From: an uncultured Bacilli bacterium
GTDB lineage: Bacteria; Bacillota_I; Bacilli_A; RF39; UBA660
DNA: 40,586 nt
Direction of reading: 5' to 3'
Assembly (NCBI GenBank): GCA_947624845.1
Contig: CANQMB010000001.1
Location: 1-40,586 of the forward strand
Part shown: positions 18,698-27,424 of the stretch, in pieces
How positions within the stretch are numbered: position 1 is the first letter of the stretch
Layout: each line of letters opens with the position of its first letter
Made by a program: the position numbers and the translations under genes
Notes under the pieces: generated by a model
Seen by the model: the letters and a program-made list of their open reading frames with translations, nothing else
The model's database searches: none
What the model was told of the DNA's origin: nothing

Positions 18698-18778
18698 CAT
18701 TAAATTCTTAGTTTTATATAATTTTATAATTGTTTATTAAATAAAATAGTGGTAAGGTATTATCTTGGAGGCAAAAAT

Positions 18779-21700
18779 ATGCGAAAAATAACTGATTTTA
18801 TTGTAAAAGGACGATATGTCTTTTTGGCCATATTTATAATAGTAGCAATATTTAGTTTATATTTATCTACTAAAGTAAATATAAATGACGATATTATGAA
18901 ATATCTTCCTAAAACATCAGAAACTAAAATAGGTAAAGATATTATGGATAAAGAATTTGCTGAACAAGATTCTTCGGTACTTAATGTTATGTTTCAAGGA
19001 TTAGAAGATAGAGAAAAGGAAGATACTTTAAAAAAATTACAAAATGTTGATGGCGTAAGTTCTGTTGATTATAAAAATACAGAAGAATATAATAAAGATA
19101 AATATACTTTATATGTTCTAAATGTAGATGATTACGATCATTCAAAAACTGCCACGAATGTTTATAATTATGTTAAAGATAATTTTAAAACAGCAGGAAT
19201 GAGTGGATCTATATATGATGAAAATAAACCAATATTACAATTATGGATTGTAATATTAGCAATCGCTTTTGCCATGATTATTTTAATCATATTAAGTGAT
19301 TCTTATGTTGAACCGTGGCTATATTTAATTTCTATAGGAATAGCAGTATTCATTAATAAAGGAACAAATATTATGTTTGATAGTGTATCCTCTATAACAA
19401 ATTCTATTGTAGCCATATTACAACTTGCATTATCAATGGACTATTCAATTATGTTATCCAATAGATATAAACAAGAAAAATTAACTCATAATAACAAAAT
19501 TGATGCCATGAAAGAAGCGTTATACCATTCCTTTAAAGCGATATCAAGTAGTTCGGTTACAACAATTGTCGGTTTAGTTGCTCTTGTATTTATGAGTTTC
19601 ACAATTGGTAAAGATTTAGGCGTCGTTTTAGCCAAAGGTGTGTTATTAAGTTTAATTAGTATTTTCTTTTGTTTACCTGCCTTACTCTTAATATTTGATA
19701 ATTTGATTACAAAAACACAAAAGAAATCTCCTAAATTTAATTTAACTGGATTAGGAAAATTTATATATAAGACTAGATATATTCAAGGAATTTTCATAGT
19801 TGTGTTGTTTATTGGAGCTTACTTTTTAAAAGGAAATATTGGGATACTTTATACAGATTCAGAGCAAGATAAAGTTGGAAAAGTTTTTCCAGAAACAAAT
19901 CAAATCGCTATCGTATATAATAATAAATATGAAGAATTAATAAAGAATTATTGTAAAAAACTAGAAAATGATGAAAACATCGATCAAGTGTTATGCTATT
20001 CAAATACAATAAATGAAAAATTAACGTACAATGAATTAAATAAAAAATTTAAGGATTTAGGTCAAGATACACAGATAGAAGAAGACCTAATTAAACTTAT
20101 TTATTACAATTATTATAATCAAGATGCCAATAATAAAATGACATTAAATGAGTTTATTTCATTTATTAAAAAAGACATCTATACAAATGATAAATTTCGG
20201 GATTCAATAGATCAAGACACTAAAGAGAATTTAGATTTACTAGAAAATTTTACAACGCCATCTTTAATTAACAAAAATAGAAGTACAAATGAGATTGCTG
20301 ATATTTTAGGAATGAATAAAGACGATGTCGAAAAGATTTTGATTTACTATAATAGTAAAAATATTAAAACTAAAATGACCATTCGAGAATTTGTTAATTT
20401 TATGCTTACTGATGTTGCGAATGATAAAGAGTATTCATCAAGTTTAGACGCAGCAACGATTTCAAAATTAAACCAATTGCAAAAGTTTGCTAATGTAAAT
20501 AATATAAATAAAAAGATGAATTCAAGTGAACTTTCTAACGTTTTTGAAATCGATAAAGATTTAATAGAACAGCTATTCTTGTTTTATAGAACAACTATAA
20601 ATAGTAATACAAAAATGACTCTAAATGAGTTTGTAAATTTTGCTTTCAATATGTCTTTAGAAAATACTTATAAAGACATGTTTGATGAAAATACCATTCA
20701 ATCATTAACAATTTTAAAAACATTAAGTAATAAGCAAAATGTAACTACAAATTTGGATATGTCATCTATGAAGACATTTCTAAATAATTTAGGATTGAGT
20801 TTAGATGATCCTGCTTTATCACTTTTGTATATTTATTATACGGGTTATAATACAGATACCCAATTAACTTTAAATACTTTCGCAAACACGGCCTTAAATA
20901 TGGCAAAGAATGAAAATTATCAATCCTATTTTAATGAAGAAACATTAAAATCATTGCAAACTATAGTATCATTGAATTCTTATTATGATTCTGAATTATC
21001 TAATACAGAATTATATAAAATGTTTGAAATAGATGAAGCAACGGGTATGAAATTAAATTATGCTATTACTCATGAATCTACAGGTACTTATAATATGACA
21101 CCTTTACAATTTGTAAATACATTACTACAAACAAGTGACATCGTATCACAATTAAATGAAACTCAAAAATTATCTTTAAGTACTGCCCAATATATAATGA
21201 ATCATATTTCTACTGAATATGGTGTAGATGAATTATCAAATGCTTTGACTCAAGACAAAACTGTGGTGAGTATGATTTATGGAGTATATGATTCTCAAAA
21301 TGGGAAACTCAAAAATATATCTGTAAAAGAAGTCATTAATTTCCTATATAATAATAAGAAAAATCCTTTATTTGCAGAAAAATTGACACAAGTAAGTAAT
21401 TTATTAGAACTTGCTCATATAATCGTTAATAATTTAGATACAACTTATAGTTTTTCTGAAATAAGTAATATTACAGGTACAGACAAAGAACAACTAGCTA
21501 AAATATTTGGAGTATATGATTATAATAATGAAATAACGACAATGACACCATTAGAATTTGTAGATTTAATATTAAAAAATAAAAATAATGAGTTATTAAA
21601 GGGTAAAGTATCTGATTCAGAATTTAAAGAACTATCCTTAGTGAAAGAAGTAATGACATCAACACTCAATAATACAAAATACACCTCTTCTAGTTTAAGT

Positions 21701-22873
21701 TCATTATTAAATATTGATAATCATACGATGAGTTTATTATTTAGTTTATATCATTCTAAATATATAAAATCAAATCAAGAAATTTCACTATATAATTATG
21801 TTCAATTTATCGTTCAAGATGTTATGAACAATAAGGATTATTCAGCGAAATTCGATGATTCAAAGAAAGAAAAATTAACAACGATTCATAGTATAATGAA
21901 CAAATCTTTAAATAGTGAAAAATATACAGCTCATGAAACATTTACATCCTTAGATATATTAAGTAATCATTTAGATAAATCTCTTGTAGATTTAGTATAT
22001 ATGTACTATGGAAGTAATAAAGAATATCATGATTCATGGAAGATGACAATTGAAGAATTTATTCATTATTTATATTCTGATATTTTAACGGATTCAAGAT
22101 TTGATGATTTTATAAATTCATCAATTCGAAAAAAAGTTATAAATTCTAAAAAAACAGTGGATAAATCAAAAGATTTAATTGTATCTGATAAATATTCAAG
22201 AATTATATTAAATACAAAATATGCGAAAGAACAGGAGGATACCTATAAGTTTATTCATTCTATTCAAAATGAAATTGGAAACTATGATGATATATACATT
22301 GTTGGAGATTCTCCTATGGCAGTAGAAATTTCTAAAACTTTCAATGATGAATTAAATAAGATTACAATTTTAACAATGATATTTATATTTATTGTTGTTG
22401 CAATCACATTTAAGGATTTAATTATTCCATTTGTTTTGGTACTTATTATTCAAACTGCTGTATATTTAACTATGAGCGCTATTTCCATTACAGGAGGTTC
22501 CGTATATTTCATATCTTTATTGATAGTTCAAGCAATATTAATGGGAGCGACGATAGATTATGCCATTGTTTATACCTCTTATTATCGGGAATCAAGATTG
22601 ACGATGGGAATTAAAGATTCTGTAATTAATGCTTATAATAAATCGATTCATACCATAATTAGTTCTTCATCCATCTTAATAATTGTTACATTAGTAGTAG
22701 CAGGATTTGCCTCAGCCATTGCAGCTAAGATATGTGAAACGATTTCACAGGGGACTTTTGCTTCGGTGCTATTAATTTTATTTGTATTACCTGGTGTACT
22801 TGCTGCAACAGATCAAATAATTTGTAGAAAAGGATATTATAAAGAACATGACGAAGTAAAAGTTAAAAAATAA
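18779..22873 (+). CDS. MMPL/RND-superfamily membrane transporter with a giant repeat-containing second extracytoplasmic loop
   Basis: ATG 18779 follows GGAGG. The layout is TM1, a ~130-aa loop, TM2-6 (ILQLALSMDYSIMLSNRYKQE), TM7, a ~840-aa loop, then TM8-12 (AILMGATIDYAIVYTSYYRESR). This pseudo-twofold layout and the DY-containing helices are MMPL-like. 1364 aa from the ATG. Confidence 0.75.
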   Translation: MRKITDFIVKGRYVFLAIFIIVAIFSLYLSTKVNINDDIMKYLPKTSETKIGKDIMDKEFAEQDSSVLNVMFQGLEDREKEDTLKKLQNVDGVSSVDYKNTEEYNKDKYTLYVLNVDDYDHSKTATNVYNYVKDNFKTAGMSGSIYDENKPILQLWIVILAIAFAMIILIILSDSYVEPWLYLISIGIAVFINKGTNIMFDSVSSITNSIVAILQLALSMDYSIMLSNRYKQEKLTHNNKIDAMKEALYHSFKAISSSSVTTIVGLVALVFMSFTIGKDLGVVLAKGVLLSLISIFFCLPALLLIFDNLITKTQKKSPKFNLTGLGKFIYKTRYIQGIFIVVLFIGAYFLKGNIGILYTDSEQDKVGKVFPETNQIAIVYNNKYEELIKNYCKKLENDENIDQVLCYSNTINEKLTYNELNKKFKDLGQDTQIEEDLIKLIYYNYYNQDANNKMTLNEFISFIKKDIYTNDKFRDSIDQDTKENLDLLENFTTPSLINKNRSTNEIADILGMNKDDVEKILIYYNSKNIKTKMTIREFVNFMLTDVANDKEYSSSLDAATISKLNQLQKFANVNNINKKMNSSELSNVFEIDKDLIEQLFLFYRTTINSNTKMTLNEFVNFAFNMSLENTYKDMFDENTIQSLTILKTLSNKQNVTTNLDMSSMKTFLNNLGLSLDDPALSLLYIYYTGYNTDTQLTLNTFANTALNMAKNENYQSYFNEETLKSLQTIVSLNSYYDSELSNTELYKMFEIDEATGMKLNYAITHESTGTYNMTPLQFVNTLLQTSDIVSQLNETQKLSLSTAQYIMNHISTEYGVDELSNALTQDKTVVSMIYGVYDSQNGKLKNISVKEVINFLYNNKKNPLFAEKLTQVSNLLELAHIIVNNLDTTYSFSEISNITGTDKEQLAKIFGVYDYNNEITTMTPLEFVDLILKNKNNELLKGKVSDSEFKELSLVKEVMTSTLNNTKYTSSSLSSLLNIDNHTMSLLFSLYHSKYIKSNQEISLYNYVQFIVQDVMNNKDYSAKFDDSKKEKLTTIHSIMNKSLNSEKYTAHETFTSLDILSNHLDKSLVDLVYMYYGSNKEYHDSWKMTIEEFIHYLYSDILTDSRFDDFINSSIRKKVINSKKTVDKSKDLIVSDKYSRIILNTKYAKEQEDTYKFIHSIQNEIGNYDDIYIVGDSPMAVEISKTFNDELNKITILTMIFIFIVVAITFKDLIIPFVLVLIIQTAVYLTMSAISITGGSVYFISLLIVQAILMGATIDYAIVYTSYYRESRLTMGIKDSVINAYNKSIHTIISSSSILIIVTLVVAGFASAIAAKICETISQGTFASVLLILFVLPGVLAATDQIICRKGYYKEHDEVKVKK
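20021..22159 (+). repeat. Nine tandem degenerate ~78-aa protein repeats (coding) inside the MMPL gene
   Basis: Anchor motifs recur with regular spacing: KMTLNEFISF, KMTIREFVNF, KMTLNEFVNF, QLTLNTFANT, NMTPLQFVNT, NISVKEVINF, TMTPLEFVDL, EISLYNYVQF, KMTIEEFIHY. Each is preceded by an HTH-looking segment such as STNEIADILGMNKDDVEKILIYY. Confidence 0.7.
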
Positions 22874-22910
22874 AATGAACGATAATCATTGTATAATATA
22901 TTATTTATGT

Positions 22911-22946
22911 AAGGGATCTATTATAAAATAGAACCCTCTTTTTTTT
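22911..22946 (+). terminator. Intrinsic terminator after the MMPL gene (copy B of the near-identical pair)
   Basis: gggatctatt (22913-22922) pairs with aatagaaccc (22927-22936) with one mismatch, followed by a T8 run. Confidence 0.7.
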
Positions 22947-23010
22947 GCAATCATAATCTTCTTCCTTTGGTGGGAGAAAATGAAGAAAAAAGGGAGTAGA
23001 GATAATCAAA

Positions 23011-23039
23011 TTGACGAAATTTTGTCACCATGATATCAT
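23011..23039 (+). promoter_or_regulatory. Sigma-A-type promoter with an extended -10 for the acyltransferase gene
   Basis: TTGACG (23011-23016), a 17-bp spacer and TGaTATCAT (23031-23039). Confidence 0.5.
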
Positions 23040-23059
23040 AAACATAGAATTTGAATGGA

Positions 23060-24048
23060 ATGAGTAGTATGAGTAAAAGAATTGATAGTTTTCAGTATTT
23101 AAGATGTTTGTGTGCAATGGCCGTTTTTGTCAGTCATTTACCTTACTTTTCTAAAATGAATGAAATGAATGGGCAAGCAGGTGTAGCTTTATTTATGATC
23201 ATGAGTGGTTTTTTTATTATGTTTTCTTCCGAAAGAGAAAAAAATAATATATTGTTAAAAAAAATAATAAAAATAGTACCCTTATATTGGACTTTAACTC
23301 TATTACTTTTTCTAGTGGCGATCCTAAAACCAACTTTATTAAATTACACGGAAGCTTCAGGAATCCAATTAGTAAAATCATTATTTTTTATTCCCTTTTA
23401 CGTGGCAGGCTCTGGTCATAAACCGATTATTAATGTAGGATGGTATTTAGATATTGAAATGGCATTCGTTCTTCTTTTTGCTATTATATCTAAAATTAAT
23501 TTTCATAGGCGAGGGGTTTATACAGGGACTATTTTATTAGGACTCTTTTTCCTAGGAAGACTGCTGCCATCTTCAAATTTTTTCTTTGAAGTCTACACTT
23601 CATTTTATGTGATTTATTACTTCGTTGGAATCTTGTTCTACTATATATATATATATATATAAACAAGAAAAAAATTCAATATAGTTTCCCGTTTGCAGAT
23701 ATTTTATTATTTCTTTTATTTATTCCTTATGCCTATTTTTTTAAATATAATTATTTCTTTTTATTTCTCACTTTCCTTTATTTTTTTAGTATTTGTATTT
23801 TGGGAAAAAGTACTTATAATTCATTTTTTCTAGAAATGGGCAATTATAGTTATGCTTTTTATTTGATTCATTACTTTATTATAGGGATATTTAACCGAAT
23901 TTTCTTATGGAATTTAACAGAGTTAAATTTAATGACTATTTTTCAAATTCTTTTCATCTTTTTCGTTACCTTTTTTATAGCAAAGATAGTGACGAAAATA
24001 TTTAGTAAATTGGAAAAACAATTGAAATTGAAGCTATTAAAAAATTGA
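23060..24048 (+). pseudogene. Acyltransferase family 3 (O-acyltransferase-type) membrane protein, frame-shifted at a (TA)10 tract
   Basis: The N-terminus RIDSFQYLRCLCAMAVFVSHL and the multi-TM architecture fit acyltransferase_3. Track ORFs 23051-23662 and 23800-24048 are two pieces. The second frame is open back to 23662, and removing one TA unit fuses them into a protein of about 328 aa. Confidence 0.65.
23642..23661. repeat. (TA)10 dinucleotide microsatellite inside a coding sequence
   Basis: Counted directly: tatatatatatatatatata at 23642-23661. Confidence 0.95.
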
Positions 24049-24078
24049 TAAAAAAATAACAAAATCATAGGATTGTTG

Positions 24079-24972
24079 TTATTTTTTGTTTTGAAAGAAT
24101 GTATTGATTTCTTTTTGTAATATTTTTTGATACTCATTTGATGGTTCATCTTCATCATAACAGACGATATCTAAAAGTTTGGTCATCCTTGCAAAGGCAA
24201 AAGGATTATTGTCCATCACTTGATTGTAATAAACTACTAAATCGGGAACCTCAGTTTCTTGAATGAAAGTATCTTCTGCGAATTGTTTAAATTGTGGGTC
24301 CTGATATAGTTTTTGCAGGAACTGGTTTTCTTTTAAATGAAATACAATAGACTTGTTGGGTTCGTTTTGAACAAAAGAATCTAATAAATAGTTTTCTCCA
24401 GGATGATTTTTTCCATAAATTCTTAAAAAGTTGGCTGCTTTTTCAGTGCAGTGAGAAAGAATTCCGTTTTCAAGTGAGGTATGAACATAAGAAATCGTAT
24501 CTGTGGGAAGATCCCAGTTATAGCGAGCAATTCCAGATTTAAATAAGACACTCTGATCGAAAACTTCTGAACTTTGAATTCGAATGGCTGCTAATACTTC
24601 ATGCAAAAGGGTTGTGATTGCCAAGGAAGTGTTTTTTTCTTGAGTAGAAATAAAAAGCGTTCTCTGTTCTAGTAATTCATCTTCATTAAAATCATATAAA
24701 TTATAAAAAAAAGATGATTTTTCACTTAATTCATATAAATCTTGAAATTCATATTCTAATCCGTTTTGAATCATTAAAGAGGGGATATCTTCTTTGCCAT
24801 AAAAAATGTTTAACTCTTGAAAGAAAGATTGAATTTTTTCGTGAACGAGTTTTCCATAGCTCAAATCAATGGCTAACGTGACTAAAGAAAGTTCTTCTTT
24901 AATTAGGGAAGGAATATTGGAATGTGTACAAAGATTTTCATCAATTATTTTTTTAGATTCTAATAAATTCAT
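24079..24972 (-). CDS. Hypothetical cytoplasmic protein (297 aa)
   Basis: Long ORF with SD (GAGGAAACC) and its own promoter. It has no TM segment. The only motif-like element is LLHEVLAAI, an HExxH-like motif lacking the second His. Confidence 0.55.
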   Translation of the reverse strand: MNLLESKKIIDENLCTHSNIPSLIKEELSLVTLAIDLSYGKLVHEKIQSFFQELNIFYGKEDIPSLMIQNGLEYEFQDLYELSEKSSFFYNLYDFNEDELLEQRTLFISTQEKNTSLAITTLLHEVLAAIRIQSSEVFDQSVLFKSGIARYNWDLPTDTISYVHTSLENGILSHCTEKAANFLRIYGKNHPGENYLLDSFVQNEPNKSIVFHLKENQFLQKLYQDPQFKQFAEDTFIQETEVPDLVVYYNQVMDNNPFAFARMTKLLDIVCYDEDEPSNEYQKILQKEINTFFQNKK

Positions 24973-24998
24973 GTGGTTTCCTCTTTTCTTGATGAATT

Positions 24999-25027
24999 AT
25001 TCTAGCACAACTGTGTTTGCTTGTCTA
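24999..25027 (-). promoter_or_regulatory. Sigma-A-type promoter for the 297-aa gene
   Basis: On the minus strand: TAGACA (25027-25022), a 17-nt spacer and TGcTAGAAT (-10 at 25004-24999). Confidence 0.45.
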
Positions 25028-25065
25028 CAAGTTGTTAACTGTTGTCAATCAAAAAAAATTCTATG

Positions 25066-25093
25066 TTTCATCTGGATAGGGCTTTGGTATAAT
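25066..25093 (+). promoter_or_regulatory. Promoter with an extended -10 for the PfkB kinase gene
   Basis: TGgTATAAT (25085-25093) with a weak -35 TTTCAT (25066-25071) at a 16-bp spacing. Confidence 0.45.
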
Positions 25094-25113
25094 AATAATG
25101 AGGAGTTGATTGG

Positions 25114-26022
25114 ATGGAAGCTATTTGTATTGGACATGTGTCCTATGATATTACGTTACCACTCTCATCTTATCCAGTAGAAAATACCAAAACGAGAATT
25201 TCAAAAACGATCGAATGTGGAGGCGGGCCTGCGTCAAATGCCGCTTATCTTCTTGCAAAATGGGGAATTCCGACTAGTTTTGTCGGTGTCGTTGGAAATG
25301 ATTATTATGGACAGAGAATTAAAGAGGAATTTGATTTGATTGGAGTAAATACCACTTATTTACAAGCCGCATTTCAGTATCAAACATCCAGCAGTTATAT
25401 TCTGGCCAATCAAAGTAATGGATCTAGAACCATCGTGACGGCCAAAGATTCTACTAGAGGGGATCTATTGGAAGGAGAAGTCGATGTTACTGGTGATTTT
25501 ATTTTAGTGGATGGAGAAGAGTTACAAACAGCCATTAAAATTCTTCAAGAAAAAAAAGAAGCCATTAGTATTTTAGATGCTGGATCATTAAAAGAATCGA
25601 CACTGACTCTTGGAAAAATGGTGACTTATATTGCCTGTTCAAAAGATTTTGCCGAAAGTTTTACGAAGACAAAAATTGATCATTATGATCTTGCTTTTTT
25701 AGCATCGATTCATAAACAGTTGGAAGATTATTTTCAAACGCAAGTAATTATTACATTGGAGGCGAAAGGATCTTTTATAAAGACAGATACCTATAAGATC
25801 ATTCCAAGTATCTCTGTAAAGCCAGTGGACTCTACTGGTGCTGGAGACATTTTTCATGGGGCATTGGCTTACTTTATTGGAAATCACTATGATTTAGAAA
25901 AAGCGGTTCGTCTTGCCAATGTAGCTGGTGCAATTTCAGTAGAGAGAATTGGGGGACGATTTGCGATGCCAAGTTTACAAGAAGTTTTTGAAAGAAGTAA
26001 AGAGTCTGATGAAGTTATATAA
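25114..26022 (+). CDS. PfkB-family carbohydrate/nucleoside kinase (ribokinase-like)
   Basis: N-terminal CIGHVSYD...GGGPASNAAYLLAKWG and the C-terminal DSTGAGDIFHGALAY anion-hole/ATP motif. The substrate cannot be inferred. Confidence 0.8.
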   Translation: MEAICIGHVSYDITLPLSSYPVENTKTRISKTIECGGGPASNAAYLLAKWGIPTSFVGVVGNDYYGQRIKEEFDLIGVNTTYLQAAFQYQTSSSYILANQSNGSRTIVTAKDSTRGDLLEGEVDVTGDFILVDGEELQTAIKILQEKKEAISILDAGSLKESTLTLGKMVTYIACSKDFAESFTKTKIDHYDLAFLASIHKQLEDYFQTQVIITLEAKGSFIKTDTYKIIPSISVKPVDSTGAGDIFHGALAYFIGNHYDLEKAVRLANVAGAISVERIGGRFAMPSLQEVFERSKESDEVI

Positions 26023-26263
26023 AAATTATCCAACGCTCGATTTACATGGCTTAGATGCAGATTATGCAGAAATTTTAATTCGCGATTTTATTTCTGATCA
26101 AATCAAAATGAAAAATAAAGAGGGAATGATTATTCATGGCATTGGACAGGGGATTTTGAGAAAAAAGACACAGGAAGTGTTACGTCATCACCCTCAAGTA
26201 GAAAGTTTTCATATCGACAATTTTAATGTTGGTTGTACGATTGTGAAGTTGAAGTCGGATTGA
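26009..26263 (+). CDS. Smr-domain protein (stand-alone small MutS-related domain)
   Basis: MKLYKNYPTLDLHGLDADYAE...MIIHGIGQGILRKK matches the LDLHG / HGxG Smr motifs. I prefer the ATG at 26009, which overlaps the kinase gene by 14 nt. Confidence 0.75.
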   Translation: MKLYKNYPTLDLHGLDADYAEILIRDFISDQIKMKNKEGMIIHGIGQGILRKKTQEVLRHHPQVESFHIDNFNVGCTIVKLKSD

Positions 26264-26288
26264 CATTGAGCCCTTTTTATGATAAAAT
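26260..26288 (+). promoter_or_regulatory. Consensus sigma-A promoter
   Basis: TTGACA (26260-26265), a 17-bp spacer and TGaTAAAAT (26280-26288). Confidence 0.6.
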
Positions 26289-26315
26289 AAGAAACCGCAA
26301 GTAAGGAGAAGAATT

Positions 26316-26810
26316 ATGTGGACAGAAGAATATGAAGCAAAAGGATTTCCATTGAGAAATTTTTTATTAAAATTAGTTTTCGTCGTTGTATTTTTGCTTT
26401 TACTCGTTTTTATTGTCTCTAAATTTACAACACCGAAGTTATCCATTCCTAAAGAAAATTTAACGACCATAACAGATGAAGTATTCTTAGAGAATATAGA
26501 GAAAATGAAAACTACAGCGACAGATTTTTATCGAAAAAAAGAGCTTCCAAAAAAAGAAGGGGAAACGGTAAAGTTATTGCTTTCAGATATGATTCAAAGT
26601 AGAATTATTGTTCCTTTAGCTGATAAAGATGATAAAGTTTGTAACATCAATAAGTCTTACGTGGAAATAAAAAAATTAGCAGTCGATTATTTAATGAAAG
26701 TAAATTTAAAATGCGGGAAAGTAGAAGACTATGTTTTAATTCCTATGGGCAGTTATTCTTATTGTGAAACCGCTATTTGTGAAAAGAAAAAAAGTGGAGA
26801 AAATGCATAA
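26316..26810 (+). CDS. N-terminally membrane-anchored protein with a Cys-containing extracytoplasmic domain; function unknown
   Basis: SD AAGGAG. One TM (LLKLVFVVVFLLLLVFIV) is followed by a ~120-aa domain containing 4 Cys. Confidence 0.55.
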   Translation: MWTEEYEAKGFPLRNFLLKLVFVVVFLLLLVFIVSKFTTPKLSIPKENLTTITDEVFLENIEKMKTTATDFYRKKELPKKEGETVKLLLSDMIQSRIIVPLADKDDKVCNINKSYVEIKKLAVDYLMKVNLKCGKVEDYVLIPMGSYSYCETAICEKKKSGENA

Positions 26811-26816
26811 TTTTAA

Positions 26817-26845
26817 TTGACATTTAAAGGAGTATATGGTATAAT
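26817..26845 (+). promoter_or_regulatory. Consensus sigma-A promoter with an extended -10
   Basis: TTGACA (26817-26822), a 17-bp spacer and TGgTATAAT (26837-26845). Confidence 0.65.
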
Positions 26846-26902
26846 ATCTTTACTTTGAAGGTATCGGGGTCTTCAAATCATGTAGTTAGGGGGTTGAATA
26901 TA

Positions 26903-27319
26903 ATGAACGGTTTTATATTCGAATATTTAGATGAAAATGATTTTCGTAAAAAAGAAAGATCAGTAAGAAAATATAATATGCTTGCTTATAAGAAGTTGAC
27001 ATTTAATTATTATCCAGAACTTCGAAAAGGAAATTTTTTAGGAGAAGAAGTAGCACGTAGTGAGAAAGATAAGACAATTTCTTATGAATTAAAGTTACCG
27101 ACGGATGATTTATTTGCTAAAGTTCATGGAGAAATTCGTGTACATTATACAGTTTATACAGAAAAGAAAATCATTTTATTAACTAATATTACACCAGAGG
27201 GAATCTTAGATGAGGGTCATCGAGCTGAACTTTCTACTTATAAGGGCGTGATGATTTCTAAGACGAATCCAGAAAAAGATATGTTCAAAATCAATTTATT
27301 GAATATGTTACAAAAATAG
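26903..27319 (+). CDS. Hypothetical cytoplasmic protein (138 aa)
   Basis: I prefer the ATG at 26903, which follows AGGGGG. No motif is securely recognised. Confidence 0.5.
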   Translation: MNGFIFEYLDENDFRKKERSVRKYNMLAYKKLTFNYYPELRKGNFLGEEVARSEKDKTISYELKLPTDDLFAKVHGEIRVHYTVYTEKKIILLTNITPEGILDEGHRAELSTYKGVMISKTNPEKDMFKINLLNMLQK

Positions 27320-27350
27320 AAAAAAAGTAGATTATTTGATTGTAGTCTAA

Positions 27351-27379
27351 AGTAGATATCTTGATGTCTACTTTTTTTT
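27351..27379 (+). terminator. Intrinsic terminator
   Basis: agtagatat / atgtctact hairpin (one G-U pair) followed by a T8 run. Confidence 0.65.
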
Positions 27380-27395
27380 CGTCATTCGACATTCA

Positions 27396-27424
27396 TTGAC
27401 AAATAAAAAGATTCATGATATTTA
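27396..27424 (+). promoter_or_regulatory. Sigma-A promoter for the DUF1292 / 868-aa gene pair
   Basis: TTGACA (27396-27401), a 17-bp spacer and TGaTATTTA (27416-27424). Confidence 0.55.

Noticed and set aside
22979-23032. 17-codon ORF (MKKKGSRDNQIDEILSP) upstream of the acyltransferase gene, as a leader peptide
   Set aside because: It overlaps the predicted -35 and -10 elements. It has a purine-rich stretch but no convincing spacing, and no attenuator structure follows.
25006-25048. ACAACT...AGTTGT inverted repeat and TTGT motifs spaced ~10-11 bp apart, as a possible repressor operator
   Set aside because: The same bases are largely accounted for by back-to-back promoter elements, including the minus-strand TAGACA -35. 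The arms are only 6 bp with a long spacer, which is too weak to call an operator.
24869-25180. 103-aa plus-strand ORF spanning the divergent intergenic region
   Set aside because: It overlaps the 5' end of the minus-strand gene, both promoters and the kinase start. It has no SD and no coherent protein features.
26903-27319. RelE/ParE-like toxin assignment for the 138-aa protein (segment HGEIRVHYTVYTEKKIILLTNITPEGILDEGHR)
   Set aside because: The resemblance is only in general beta-strand pattern. There is no adjacent small antitoxin ORF, the gene has its own promoter and terminator, and I cannot verify the fold without a profile search.
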